Shown one piece after another: positions 13,072 to 27,129 of a stretch of 64,000 nt of DNA. The position numbers and the translations under genes are program-made. Source of the DNA: Octopus vulgaris (Eukaryota); assembly GCA_951406725.2 (NCBI GenBank), contig OX597820.1:62124001-62188000 (forward strand), read 5' to 3'. The notes under the pieces are model-generated. The model worked only from the letters and a program-made list of their open reading frames with translations, did no database searches and had not been told where the DNA came from. Within the stretch, counting starts at the first letter, position 1, and each line of letters starts with the position of its first letter.

Positions 13072-14766
13072 CATACAAATATCAATGACCTCATGCAAAG
13101 AAATTCACAAATTTTCAATCCTAGTTTCTAAACTTTTGGCAATACGTCCTGACAAATGCAGCTGAACTATCAGTATTATAGAAATTACGATTTAACTATT
13201 GTGATGTCAATTTACATAAAACCTTTGGCATCCGGCTAAAAGCATCAACTACTAATTCCTTTTTTTTCTCTCTCTTTCTCTGTCTCTTTCTCTTTATAAA
13301 CAGACAGACACTTATGTATACCCTCACACGTGCATATACATTTACGTGTTTGTGTTTATGTATGTACGTATGTATGCATTATGTATGTGTGTGTATATGT
13401 ATGTGGCTATTAATGATTTTAGGATCTAACGGTCCAAGCGCCCACGATTCTTCTAGTGAGTTTCCGTTCTATTATTATTTGTTATATTCCATTGTGATCT
13501 AATTCGCGCCAATCTTCTCGCTTGAAGATTCCAGTTTACATATTAATCTTTCTTTGACAATCTACTCACACTACCTCCATCTCAGATTAGTCGACTTTTT
13601 TCCCGCCTTTTTCTACATTGAAATGTTGGTATTCATGCTTTGAATATTCATATTTTAAACATGATATTAAATATTGACCTGCATATGGTTGTCTGATGAT
13701 TTGGTTTTTATTGTATAATGATGTATTGATTAATCTTAAAGATGTTGCATGTGTTACATGACTGAGTGTACGACGGATGTTACGTCATATCAAAATCTCC
13801 GAACGAACAATTCTAGCGATACTGTATAATCCATCCGTCTGTCATTTCATAATTATATTACGCCATGCTGAAAGTTCCACTCTGCCTTGGATACTTTAGA
13901 TATGCTTGGAATTACGACTCACTAAACACAAGCAACTTCACTTCATTGCTGAATCTTTCACTATTGGAATGGATTATTTATCTGTTGATTTGTGTCATAC
14001 TGTCTAACTATCAAGTGGGGTTTCCTTCACTTTTATATGCCCCGATCTTTAAATAGATACCTTTCAATCAGTATTTCCCACATACATACATACATACATA
14101 CATTGATGGAGTTAGGACAGCTGCAGATATAGTCAAAGGTGTCCTCAATCTGTCACACAATTTACATGGCAACTGGGAGTTGAGTGCAACGTTTCCGGCA
14201 CTAAAAGCCTAAAGCGACAGTATAGGCAAGTTAATCGTGACTGACAGAGCCAGTTATGATGCAAGAATGATAGATTTCTTCCAAGGAAACTGTAAGTGCG
14301 GGAGATAGACTCGGTTTAAGAAGCCGAAACACCAGCAATGGTAGAGGATGAAAAGAGCGCTCTTAAGACGTTCTGATGGATAAACGAATGGATGAATTTG
14401 GATGGATGAAAACACAAACAGATAATCAACTGATGGCAACAAGCAAAGCAAACATTACAATCAGACAATCAGAGTTATACTGTCAGGAAGACAGACAGTT
14501 AGCCAGGTATGTATGTAGGTATGATGGTAGGAAGGTATGTAGTTAGGTTAAGTAGGTTGACAAAGAGGTAAACGAAAACCAGTGCAAATGAATGAAAATA
14601 GAGACGTAGCTACGAAGAGATATAACCGCGTAGAAATTTGGCATTTTAATCTCGATTTCTTGTAACTGGCATTATCTCGATAATCTTAGCTAGGATGTCT
14701 TAAAATCTATTCACATACACATATATAATCATACTGACATACTCATAAATAGACACACATACACAC

Positions 14767-14847
<81 letters not shown>

Positions 14848-14872
14848 TATGTGCTTGTGTGACTGTGTGTGA

Positions 14873-14910
<38 letters not shown>

Positions 14911-15645
14911 TGGGGAGAAGAGGATGAAGAGAGAGCGCGAGGATATTTTTATTTATGTCCAAGTGAACTTTTACAATGGTGTTTTCGTGTTTGCATGTCT
15001 ATCTGTATGCGTCTCCTCCACACGTCTTTTCACCTGTATCTATGCGTATGCATATGTAAATAGCGTATGCCTTCCCCGTCACTCTTCTCTCTCGGTCCTT
15101 CTATTCTCGCTCTAATTTCTATTTTGTTTTATTTACTTACTTTTGCTTCTTATCTTTTTCTTTGAGATTTTATTCTCTTCTACATCACTTCAGTGGTTTC
15201 ACCAATTCATTCATGCATGAAATTTTAGCTCAATGTCTCTAAGGTATAAAATCAAACAACACTTATACTAAGAGAATGAATAGAATATTCTACTCAGACA
15301 AGATGAAGCCATTTTCGTTTACTTTTCATTATTTCTTTATTTTTATTTTTATTTCTGCCTTTTACATCCTGCTGGCGACAATTCAGTTTCTAGTGAAAAC
15401 TATAGAGTTCATGCCATGTGTCAACGTGGTTTTAGGAGAATTGCTGTGGTTTTCTTTCTATTTGGTTTAATCTTTTTATATTTTGAAGAAATTCAGCTAT
15501 GTTTTTATCCTTATTTAATGTTTTTCCTCATTGACGAAACAATACCAAATGTATGAAACATGAATATATGTATGACTGCATGCGGTACATGTATATTTTA
15601 ACACTAAATTCTATTTGCAATTTATATTACAGCCTTATCTCTCTC

Positions 15646-15712
<67 letters not shown>

Positions 15713-15825
15713 ATCTATCTAAGTACGTACGTACGTACGTACCTACCTACCTACCTACATGCCTACCTACCTGCCTACCTACCAACCTAACTACCTACCC
15801 GTCTGTCTGTCTGTCTGTCTGCCTT

Positions 15826-15974
15826 CCGCCGAGGTCGACTTTGCCTTTCATCCTTTCGGGGTCGATAAATAAAGTACTAGTTTCGCACTGGGGTCCATAT
15901 AAATCGACTCAATCCCTTCGTCTGTCCTTGTTTGTCCCCTCTGTGTTTAGCCCCTTGTGGGCAGTAAAGAAATA
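15826..15974 (+). mobile_element. SINE family B, 5'-truncated
   Basis: ccgccgaggtcgactttgcctttcatcctttcggggtcgataaa...gccccttgtgggcagtaaagaaat is the reverse complement of 7183-7331. Confidence 0.88.
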
Positions 15975-16010
15975 TATCTATCTGTCTATTTATCTATCTA
16001 TCGGTACATA

Positions 16011-16175
16011 AACCGATGTTGGTGTGTTATGTTCCCGTAGCTTAGCAGTTCTGCATAAGAGACCGATAGACTAAGTACTAGGCTGACAAAGAATAAGTCC
16101 TGGGGTCGATTTGTTCGACTAAAGGCGGGGCTCCAGCATGGCTGCAGTCATATGACTGAAACAAGTAAAAGAATA
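16011..16175 (+). mobile_element. SINE family A 3' part
   Basis: Matches 63895-64000 and the reverse complement of 40059-40215. Confidence 0.88.
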
Positions 16176-16925
16176 TTGATTTATATGTATGCGTTGTCTG
16201 AATATATATTTATGTTTGTATCTGTGCATGTACGTTTGTATGTATGTATGTATGTATGTATGTATGTATGTATGTATATGTATGTATGTATGTATGTATG
16301 TGTGTGTGTATGTATGTATGTGTGTATATCTGCGTGTAAGCATGTATGTGCGTATAGACATATTGGTTTGGTGTCAGCAAATCAAAATTTAATCAACGCA
16401 TTTAAAGTTAGATTGCTTTATTTTGTATTTCAGAGAAACCTACAAGGTGCATGATGTTTCCTTTGCAGTGCAATGAATTAAAATTTTCATTAAAGAGGGG
16501 GAAAAAACTGAGAATTTTATCATAGTTGTTAAATGCCATGAATGAAGAAAAAAATGAGCTAATTTCAATAAATTCAAGACTGAAGTAAAACACCGAGGAA
16601 AAAATAAAAGGGGAAATCTGATTCTTCGGAGCTAAAAGACAACTATGGATGCAGTGTTTTGGCATCAGTTTAGATTTATCAGTATAGGACTGTCATTCTC
16701 GCTTACAATTATTTTTATAGAATTTATCATATGCACAGCGTTCCATAAATTCTTGACCCAAGCTAATTTGCATGATTAAAACTAAAAAAAATTGCTGAGG
16801 GAAAATAATTCAAAGGCACCAGTTGTAAAAGTAACATATTGAAATGGGACATGCAAAAAGCTGTACTCTATCAGATTTTAACTCAGAGGAAAACAAGAAT
16901 TTACAGTTAGTAGTAATAGTAGTTA

Positions 16926-16970
<45 letters not shown>

Positions 16971-19335
16971 CAGCAGCAGCAGCAGCAGCAATAGTAGCAG
17001 TAGCAGGAGTAACTATAGTTGTCTTAGTAGTATTGCAGACGATACCCCATCTGATATTTCATTGGAAAATCAACCCCTGATTTTAGGTTACATCCATCAG
17101 ATCATTGCCTGTAACGGAATAAAACAAGTTTTCTGTACGTCCTTAATAAACAATTATTTCAACTAGTGGTAAAGAAATTTTTGTAATAGAAACCACTTAT
17201 AATAAATTAGCTGCATACATAGTATTGAAATTACAATCAAGCAAAGCAAACCAACAACGGTAGATTGCTCATGTAGAAGCGCCAACTTATTCACTCTGAA
17301 CCAGTCATAAATTTATGTAGGAACTATGTACGAAACATATGTCACTAAATTTCAGACATTGAGTGTAAATATTGTGGCTACACTGTTACTTCAACCATGC
17401 CTCATCAAAAGAATGATTTTATAGACATGTCGTACCGTATTTTCAAATGTATCTCTTCCTTATACAAGATGGCAAGAATTGGATTCGAGAAAGGTCTGGC
17501 AGTTACTTTTGACAGGTTGATCGACCTTAGAGCAGCTTCCTCTTATTTCTTATGGGTATAAATCGTACTTTTCCAGGGATTCAGTGTCATTCTATGGTAC
17601 GTTATTAGCATGAAATAGTAGTATATTGTGAAAGAGGTAGACAGAAAACTGCGACCAGTGTCCATCACATCTCCGTGACTGACAAAGTTGCAAAGACCGG
17701 GTTGATAGGGTGCCACGGTTTCGTATTGTATTAGCTCAGTCTTACAAACCTTTAGTAAAAGCGTTCCAGTCATATTCTTCTCGTTTTCCCTCTCAAAATT
17801 CTTTCTCGATTTTGCACGGTACAGTGTTCTCTGAGGAAGATTTGGTTCTTATTTCTAGGAGCTTCTCAAACTACAATGGCTAGTTGAGTAATGGTTCTTT
17901 CAATGGGAATGATGTACTCCAAGATATCGAGCCCCAGGCGGGTGATTAGTTCTACCGTTTTACGAGGGTGAGATTGAACTATATGAATTCGATGGATTTT
18001 CAGTATTGAACTAATTTCTTCGTTCTAAACGCGTAATCGACTGTCATATATTTACCATACATTGAATAACATTGATAGACGTATGAGAATGATATTTACT
18101 GTAAAGAAAAAAAATTACATATATGTATGTCAACCAGTGATTTTTGACATACTTGTAACAATGAGGAAATGGCTTGATATGTTAAATACTGGATTATTAT
18201 CGTGTTTTGATATTTTCAAGCTTTACCGCAGGCTTTCATTTGTATCCTCCTGGCAGTATACTTCAGTAATTCCTTATTATTTATCGGCTTGTTGGGGATG
18301 GAAGCAGATTTGGAGAATTGTTATTGACAATAGAAAATCTCTTTATTCTTGTCATTACATAATTATACCTGTCATCTATTTAACGATATTAAACTACTAT
18401 CCCTATGACTCGGACTACTGTGCGCTAAGGGGCAGATATTTTCTCGGGTAACTGATGCCTGTCACATGTTATTAATGTGATATTGTAACGTGATAGTTGC
18501 GCAACAAGTAATAACTCACTATTCTAAAATACTTCTGTTTCCGTTCACCACAGTGTCAATAAAAATAATTAAAATAGATTGCAACCCACGAGGTTACATC
18601 TCCATGATCGTTCGACTCACGCTTGAAAAATAACTCAAAACCAGCCAAATTTGCCTCAAATCATCCCATTCTATCTAAACGGAGGAAGACTTGGTTGCAC
18701 ATTTTAAACTAGCATAGAGAATACTATATCTGGAAAAAAAAATACAGTTTAGAGTTCCATGGTTTTTGTCTCAAGCCTGCTTATGATATGTGAGCACACT
18801 ACAAATGCCACCTTAAAAATTGCTAGAAAGTTAGATATATATATCTGGAAAACAATGCCTGTAAGTCGCACCAAAATCTCATAGTTCTCTTAGATCAAAG
18901 CTGATATATAGCTACACAAGAGCAACAAATTTATAGATATGTTCTCAACACACGCCGAAATTCCCAGGTTATTGAACGCCACCACTGAATTCTTGTTTTA
19001 ATATATACATACAGTTCAATAGTTGAAATTTATATAACGTACTTCTAGCAATGCAGAATGTTAAATAACAAGCACAAGATGGCAACGAGCGCAAAGATAC
19101 ACCTTTTGAACTTTAAAGAACCAAATCCAATATCTAAACCCTTGTATCGCTATCATATTCTACTTCATAACAAAGTTAATTGACAAATATGACAATAAAG
19201 TCTATTGGTTATTGATTTCCTATTTTCTTCTCAAATTGATCTTCGTCACACGAAATACACATACACACATACATACACATACAAAATTAATATAAACAGC
19301 AGTTTGCAATGTTTCACCACAAAGGAGAATATAAA

Positions 19336-19529
19336 TGTCACTAAACGTGGCTAGGGTTTAAGGAAACACCTACATTGCTAGAAATAAGAGCTAAACCGCT
19401 CTAATACTGTAGTTACCGCACATAAATGAAAGCATTCATTCATGCGCGGTAACTACAGCATTAGGGTGTTTTAGCTCTTATTTCTAGCAATGTAGGTGTT
19501 TCCTAACATCCTAGTCGCATTTAGTGACA
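19336..19529. repeat. Fold-back palindrome / MITE-like hairpin with ~95-bp arms
   Basis: tgtcactaaa...aggaaacacctacattgctagaaataagagctaaa...gtagttaccgc mirrored by gcggtaactac...tttagctcttatttctagcaatgtaggtgtttcct...tttagtgaca. Confidence 0.9.
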
Positions 19530-19554
19530 CACACAAACACACACACACACACAA

Positions 19555-19625
<71 letters not shown>

Positions 19626-20120
19626 CAGGGTGCGTAAGATATTTGAAGACAGATTTATGTTTATAAAAAAACAGATGTATAATGAATTTATTTATCGAAA
19701 ATTACTATAAGGATAAAAATTAATCTTCTTTTCTAGAATATTATTCAATAAAGTTACCTTCAGCAACAACAATTGCTTCTATATGAGATCTAAATCCTCT
19801 AAATGCTCGAATCAAGTGGTCCTGGTTTATTTTGGACACTACTCCAACTATGGCAGCTTTCATATAATCTTTGGCGTTATGGGTGTGTTCATTGACATCT
19901 CTCTCAACAACGCTCCACATGTAACAGTCCAATGGATTGAAATCTGGGGAATTAGGAGGCCAAATGTTAGTGAGTTATGTGATCATGAAAATTTTCAGTC
20001 ATCCATTCCTGTTACTTGAGCCATGTGGGATAGTGCAGAGATTGTCTATCAAGGACTTAATTATTTCCAGGACCTCAATGAACTATAGTTGTGAGGATAA
20101 ATGTTTTTTAGTCTTTCTGC

Positions 20121-20260
20121 CTATAGGCCATGAAGTAAGGCTCCCGGTTGGTCTGTTTATGGGAAGACCACCGGAGCAGAAGCTGCTCAGAGAAACCACC
20201 AGCTATGTGAAACATCTGCAAGAGAGGCTGACTGAGTACACCAAGTTAGAAAGGCTCTGA
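20121..20260 (+). pseudogene. Gypsy integrase C-terminal fragment inside the insertion
   Basis: IGHEVRLPVGLFMGRPPEQ..TTSYVKHLQERL resembles the G.E.RLP.DL.....YV..LQ.RL segment of Gypsy integrases. Confidence 0.6.
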
Positions 20261-20286
20261 AGTTTTCGGGTGAAGTGATGAAGCAT

Positions 20287-22092
20287 AGGCCTTTATTTTG
20301 TATCAACAATTTTTTGCCTAGAGTTTTCATTGCCTATTTTTCCTATATTTTTTAAAGTTATTTTTGGCCTACATTGTTTTATTAACTATATTTTGCCTAT
20401 ATTTTGTATCAACTGTTTTTCGCGTATATTTTTCTCAACTATATTTTGCCTACATCTTTTCTCAACTGTTGTTTGCCTACTTCTCAACTACATTTTGTCT
20501 ATAGTTTTTGTCTATATATTTTGCCATTTCATAAAAATTGTTAGTTCATGAAAAAATAGGCAACCAAGTAGCAGACATGGTTGACAAAAAATATAGAACT
20601 AAAAATATAAGGCTGCAAAAATATAGGCGAAAATTCATAAAACAAGATACACAAAAATAGTTGATCAAATTAAATATATTATAAAACAATATAGTTGATA
20701 AAAAATTGGCTAAAAATCGCAAAAACTATACACTAAAAGCTATAGGCAAAACTATAGGCTAAGCAAGAAGATAAAGTATAGGCAAAACTATATGAATATC
20801 TAAAGCCAACAATAGGTAAGAACTATACGTGAAACCGTATATGCTAAAATCTATAGGGAAGAAAACTTCACGGTTATTAAATAACTATTGGCAAATACTA
20901 TAGGCTAAAACTATAGGCAAACTATAGGCTGAAACTATAGGCAAAGCTTTAGGCGATAAAAACTATAGACAAACGATAGCTAAAACTATAGGCAGAATCT
21001 ATATGCAAACTATAGGCTAAAACTATAGTCTAAAGATGAAAAATTATAGGCAAACTATAGGCGACAAAACTATAGGCTAAAACTATAGGCAAACTATAGG
21101 CACAATGTACTATAGTGTAAAATATAGGTGAAATATAGTCTAAAATATAGGTGAAAAACTATAGGCTTAAATTGCTATAAGACAAATTATAGGCTAACTC
21201 TTTTGGCAAAGTATAGGCGACTATAGGCAGACGATAAAACTATAGGCTAAGACGAAATTACTATAGACAAAAAATTATAGACAAAACTATAGGCAAACTA
21301 TAGGCAAAACTATAGGCTAAAACTATGGGCAGAACTATAGTCTAAACCTATAGGTGACGAAAACTATAGGTAAAAAACTATAGGCAAAATATAGGCTGAA
21401 ATTACTATAAGACAGAATTATTGGCAGAACTACTGGCAAAATTATAGGCTAAAATTATAGTCAGGACTATAATAAATGCAAAGCTATAGGCGACTAAAAC
21501 TATAGGCAGACATAGAAAATCTATGGACTGAAATTACAATAGGCAAAACTCTATAGGCAACTGTATAGGCTGAAACAAACTATAGGCTACATATATAGGC
21601 AAAGGGCTACAACTATAAGCAAATCTATAGGTGACAAAACTATAGGCAAAACTATAGCTAAAACTATAGGCAGAACTATAGTTATAATCTAGGTAAAAAG
21701 CTATAGGCAGAACTATAGACAAGCTAGTTTCAGCTTATATTTTGCCAATATTCTTTGCGGCTATAGTTTACCGCCTATAGTTTTTGCCTATAGTTATGTA
21801 TTTGAGTGAACTTTTCTACCCTTTAGATTTTAGCCAATAGTTTTGACTAATTTCAGCCTATAGATTTCCTATAGTTTTTTCCAATAGTTTTTGTCATCTG
21901 CCTATAGTTTTGTCTATAGTTTTGTCGCCTATAAGTTGCCTATAGTTTTTCACCCAAATTTAGACTATAGTTCTGCCTATACTTCTCGCTATAATTTTGC
22001 TTATAATTTTTCTCGCCTATAGCTTTGCCTATAGTTTTAGCCTTTTTATTATAGTCCTGCCTATAATTTTAGCCAAAAGTTTTGCCTATAGT
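20287..22092. repeat. Heterogeneous ~11-13-bp AAACTATAGGC array with orientation switches
   Basis: Minus-oriented ~20287-20530, plus-oriented ~20555-21722, minus-oriented ~21724-22092. Confidence 0.92.
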
Positions 22093-22208
22093 TCATTGAG
22101 GTCCTGGAAATAATTATGTCCTGGATAGACAAACTCTTCCCATCAACAGACCAACCGGGAGCCTTACTTCATGGCCTATAGGCAGAAAGACTAAAAAACT
22201 TTTAAGAA

Positions 22209-22489
22209 ACAAGGAGTAAAAAACACTTATCCTCAAAACTATAGGCACAAGGACTAAAACAAACACTTATGCGCCTAACTATAGGCACAAGGATTAAAAA
22301 ACACTTATCCTCACAATTATAGGCTCAAGGTCTTAAACAAACAATTATCCTCTTAACTAGAGGTACAAGGACTGAAAAAACATTTTCCTCAAAACTATAG
22401 GCACAAGAACTAAAAACACTTACCCTCACAACTGTAAACAACAAGACTAAAAAACACTTATACTCACAACAATAGGCACAACTATAGGC
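22209..22489 (+). repeat. ~39-bp tandem repeat, about 7 copies
   Basis: Unit aaacacttatcctcacaactataggcacaaggactaaaa. Confidence 0.88.
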
Positions 22490-23268
22490 GGCATCACATG
22501 TCCTTCATTGCTGACAACCCCTAAAACTATGACAGTTGCAGAAAATTTTATATCAATAACACTTGCAGCTTCAGAAGGGTTTGCACACAGCTATCTGTCA
22601 TTTCTTGTTAACTCTTTGATCCAGGTCGAAGATTTTCTTGTTTGAGAAAAACCGAATCAAATCTTCTGCTGGATATTTTCTGATCATAAAAGACTTATAT
22701 TTGATGTCTTCGTGCACAACATTTGTGACGGTTCCTTCTGACACATGGAGATCTTCTGCATTTGGCCTCATGGACTTTGTGGGATTGTAGTCAATGGTCT
22801 GTTGAACGTGCTGGATACATTCGGGTGTTCTGAAGATTTCAGAGTGTTTAGAATACTTTTTATGCTTTGATACTGCTTATACTTTTCCATTTTCAGTCTC
22901 TACCTCCTTACAAACTTCGTAGATGAAAGCCCTGGCGACTTTTAAAAAAATAGAGATATTTCTAAATCACTATGCTCAGCCTTTATAACCACAATAACAG
23001 CATGCCTCTCCATTTCTTGAGTAAGTTGAGTGTCTGTCATTATTATTTTCTTAAACAAAGATTATACAGAGTTAGCAAAAAATGAAGTAATGACTCAGAA
23101 AAGGTATATCTTACAACCCACCCTATATATATATATATATGTACACACACATATGTATACGCTTATACGTATAAAACATACTCACACATATACAGGCTAT
23201 ATATCTGTTGCCTCTTTAACCTAGGAATATATATATATATACACATGCATATACATACACACATACAC

Positions 23269-23352
<84 letters not shown>

Positions 23353-25439
23353 GCGCATGTCTGTGTTTGTATGGATAAACAGAGAAATAACTGGATATAA
23401 TTCTATTTTCACGCAAGTGTTTGTCTGAGAAATGAACTTAAAATACGCTTGGAGACTATAACAAAATATATTTACATTTATGTAACCAGTTTCCTGATTT
23501 CCTGATTTTCAATAGTAGTGTGAGCTAGAAGGACCTTGAGCTATGTTGTATTTGTGTCGAGTCTGACTAAAGCACAAAAATTCGCACCTTCGTGTGGAAA
23601 GATTATGGCTCAAATTGCCATCAACGTCTTGGTTGAAGTTGGTTACTAAATCATAGCTTCATGTAATTTTATAAATGATAACTGTTCCAAAAGTTATGTC
23701 TGTTTTAGTCCAGTGAGTGTGTCCATGTGACAGCATGTGTAATAGCCATGCATTATATTTCCGAATCAGGTCATATGCCGGTGTGGACAATAATTTTCAA
23801 AAGTTAAGGCTGTGTTGATTGAGTTAATGTATCATGTGATATTGTGATCAAGTTGTTAGTGTAGCTAATAATAGAGAGTTACTTATTACGATACGAGTGA
23901 CATTATATTGTGTATATGGTTTGTGTTTGAGAATGGGAACTATAACAGTGTCATGTGTCTTTTTGATGGACTGATATAGCTTATTCAAGTTTTTGTGAAT
24001 ATTTTTTACTAAACATATTTTGTAAACTTGTCTGTAAGTGTTCTGTGGTTTTGTTAGAATAAAGGTAAAGTAGGAAAACTAGGAATTTTGGGGATTTATT
24101 CCATGCACGAGTCTAAATTAGGGAAATCTGTCGTAATTAGCATTTCACATTTCTTGTCTATGAAGGGCCTGTTTTCAAAGTTAATCTAATTTATGCTAAT
24201 GAATATAATTGTAATAAAGATTACATAGCACAGACCAAACTTACTTTCTGAGGAAGATTGATTGGGGAGTGCAGTTAGCTCGAAAAAAAGAAGTTGGTTA
24301 ACAAAGAGTGATGAGAGTTAAAGAGACGACTGAACTGGGGGTGCTTGAGTGGTGAAAGTAAGAGACCAGCCAGTTCCAGGGAACAGAAGTCAGTCTCGTA
24401 GCCGGATCACAGCAGCGAGATATGAGACGGGCAACTCTGATTAGCAAAAATAATTATTGGAGTGAGATAAGAGACAAACCATTTCCGACGTTATTCTCTT
24501 TGTGCTGACTGCGCCTTTGTATGATATATTTTCATAAAAAAGAATCGGTATTTGTAGCATTAATTTGGTAAAACAAGGAAAAGAGCGAGAGATAGAGATA
24601 GATAGATAGATAGATACATAGATGGAGAGAGAGAGAGTGGGAGAGAATTAGGGAGAGAGAGAGACAAATGTAGACAAATGTACAAAATTTTGTCATTTCG
24701 TTGAAAAAGTACAGGCGTTCACAATTATTCTATATGAGCATTTATTTTAACCAAATTTGAAGCCTGTATTGGAATAAAATGCTGTTACTATATCCAGCTT
24801 GTTGTCAGCAATACATATATATAGTTCGATCGTAAATCTTTAGATCGTCTACAAAAAAATATGGTTTACATAAATATCTCAGGTTGCTGAACAATCTGCA
24901 AGATAATCAGTGACTCTTGATATAAAATGCATGACAGTGGATTTAGTGACAAATGAATCTGAAACGAAAGCGGACATTCCTCTAGTAATATTACTCTTAA
25001 ATTATGGATAACATTATTTCATTTTCGTTTGCAATTTAACTAACTGCAGTGACTTCAGTAGCCAAGAATTGGCCTTAGAATCAAACGATTTTCTGCGTTT
25101 AAGCCTTACTATCACAAAGTTTTTATGGAATCTTCCTCCTACAGACAGCACAGCTTTAATTCTTCGGTGAAATTTCTACACCCCCCTCGTCCTACCTAAC
25201 TCATCATCCGTTGCATTGCACTATATTATTAGACTCAAAATGTTTTTAAAGGAATTATTTGAAGCTACTTGCATACACTTTATACACACTATTTTGGTAA
25301 ATTATGGAATATAGTTTTCTCCAGGTTAGTGAATTCAAACTTAGATACAACAGTTCTCTGTGTTATGGCTAACCAATTGAAAATCTCAATCTGGCCTTCC
25401 ATAGTTCTATGATAGCCTGAAAGATAAAACGTTTCCTTC

Positions 25440-25960
25440 ACTTCGACTTTCTGTAGATACTCTATAGATTAGACGTAAGCTTGTATTTGATGGGGGATTA
25501 TTCTGATATTTTATCCATATCGGTATTTTGGTATTTAATTCAAGCATTAAACTTAATAATTTACTCTCAAGATTTAGAATAGATTCTTTTGCAATTTTCT
25601 TAATTTTCTCATGATATGATTAGTATGCAACAAACTTATTGTCCACCTTGTACAATATAATTGTATTTAAATGTCAATTTCGGTTGTGAGAAATCTTTAA
25701 TGTTTTCCTCTAGTGTGGTTACCTATTTGGGTTACTTATGTTGAATTGTTACATTAACACATCTTCTAAAATTGTCTCTCAGGTGTTCTTCCAGAGTGCC
25801 AGCAGCCGTATAGATGCAGGTATTGATATTCCAATTCCTGTTATCACATTTTTTAAGTAACCGCCAGCGATTTCATCAAAAACTTTTATAATGAGTGTGG
25901 TTTGTGTTTTTGCTTTCTTCTTCTTTCATTTTCTTTTCTCGTCAAAGAAGGCCTGTTATT
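25440..25960 (-). pseudogene. Highly decayed R4/Dong-like LINE ORF N-terminal region
   Basis: Minus-strand WNINTCIYTAAGTL..., PK*VTTLEENIK and SNL*SIYRK resemble pre-RT motifs of Dong/R4; many stops. Confidence 0.35.
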
Positions 25961-27129
25961 TAACGAATGCTTGAAGAAATTGGAAAAGTTACTTTCGAAC
26001 TGTGGTTATATTTCGAAGTTGTATGAATTTCAAAGTCATCTCTGTTCGAACGATATGTGGTGAGTTGTGTGACGATGGTGATGACTGCGTCAGTTTGTTA
26101 ACTTTTTTTATCGGTCTCTATGACAGTTTGAATGTATTCAACAAGTTCACTAGTATTGCAAGAATGAGAATAATGATTGCTATCTGTGACAATTGTTACT
26201 TCGGGCACAGAAAGGCGCCAGTCATTATAACTGTTTAGTTGTGAAGAGTGGCTTTTGCTCCGATGACTATTATCCCAGGATCTTTTTCTGGCGTTTCCGT
26301 AACATTAGAATACATCTTAGTTTAATTTCAAGTTTCATGTAAAGCGAAAAGAATACTTATGTGGTCTTAACTCACAGATGTAGTTGAACTATTGGTGTTG
26401 ATGTTACCAGTGTTTCTTTCATCAATGTGAACGATGATTGTATAACCTAAATACGAAATGATGAATTCTTTCTTTTTTCTTTGTTGTAAATTCAACCTGA
26501 TTGACGATAAGGTAGTGAATAAGAAGTATTTCTCATATTTATAATTGTAAAGAAACATTTACCGTTCTAGGTTTCGTTAGATCGGTATCGTTTAAGATGA
26601 AAATGTTTACAAACATTTTAGATAACACCTACGGTATTAATTCGTTGATGACGGCCCTAGCATGTTGGTAGGTAGGGAATGGAACACTTTATTTGCTGTT
26701 AAAATCACATTGTCTTGCTAACCGCTATACGAAAGTGACATCATAAATTTGACTACTCAAATTAGACAAATTACGCATACAATACATACATACATACATA
26801 CATACATACATACATACATACATACATACATACATACATGCATACATACATGCATACATACATGCATACATGCATACATACATATCATGTGTCATATGTG
26901 CCAGCTTTATAGTGGGGGAATGTGTGGGCGACGAATGTATGTCACGGAAGACAGCATCTCCTTGTCCAACGAATGTAACCAACGAAGAACGAGGAGGAAA
27001 ACAACCTGTCTCTGAGTTAGCGATATCAGTGAAAACATCCAGAAGGCATCGAAGGTAGAATCCATGTTAACGTATGGCGGGAAGTGTGATCCCTACTTCA
27101 TGCATAGGATATGAAAGGATCTGTAAATT

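Larger units (their letters stand above)
19626..23125 (-). mobile_element. maT (DD37D, Tc1/mariner) transposon with both ends; decayed transposase split by a ~2.4 kb insertion
   Basis: Termini cagggtgcgtaagatat / atatcttacaacccaccct; N-terminal part 22490-23030 (RTPECI, KSMR, VVHEDIKYKS, VLGVVSNEGHVMPP) and C-terminal part 19741-20085 (IEVLE, WPPNSPDFNPLDCYMW, FRSHIEAIVVAEGNFIE). Confidence 0.9.

Noticed and set aside
13420-14070. Possible ancient RTE 3' end on the minus strand
   Set aside because: Only a faint LRW-like motif; cannot be supported without an HMM search
14115-14243. HDV-like ribozyme (gacag/ctgtc, tcctc loop, tagtca/tgactg)
   Set aside because: The P1.1 GG and catalytic C are absent and P2/P3 are weak; too degenerate to support
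20555-21722. Telomeric repeat or CRISPR-like reading of the ACTATAGGC array
   Set aside because: The motif is not TTAGGG and the spacers are only a few A-rich bases
23400-24300. Strand-biased region suggestive of an old LINE
   Set aside because: No recognisable protein motif in any frame
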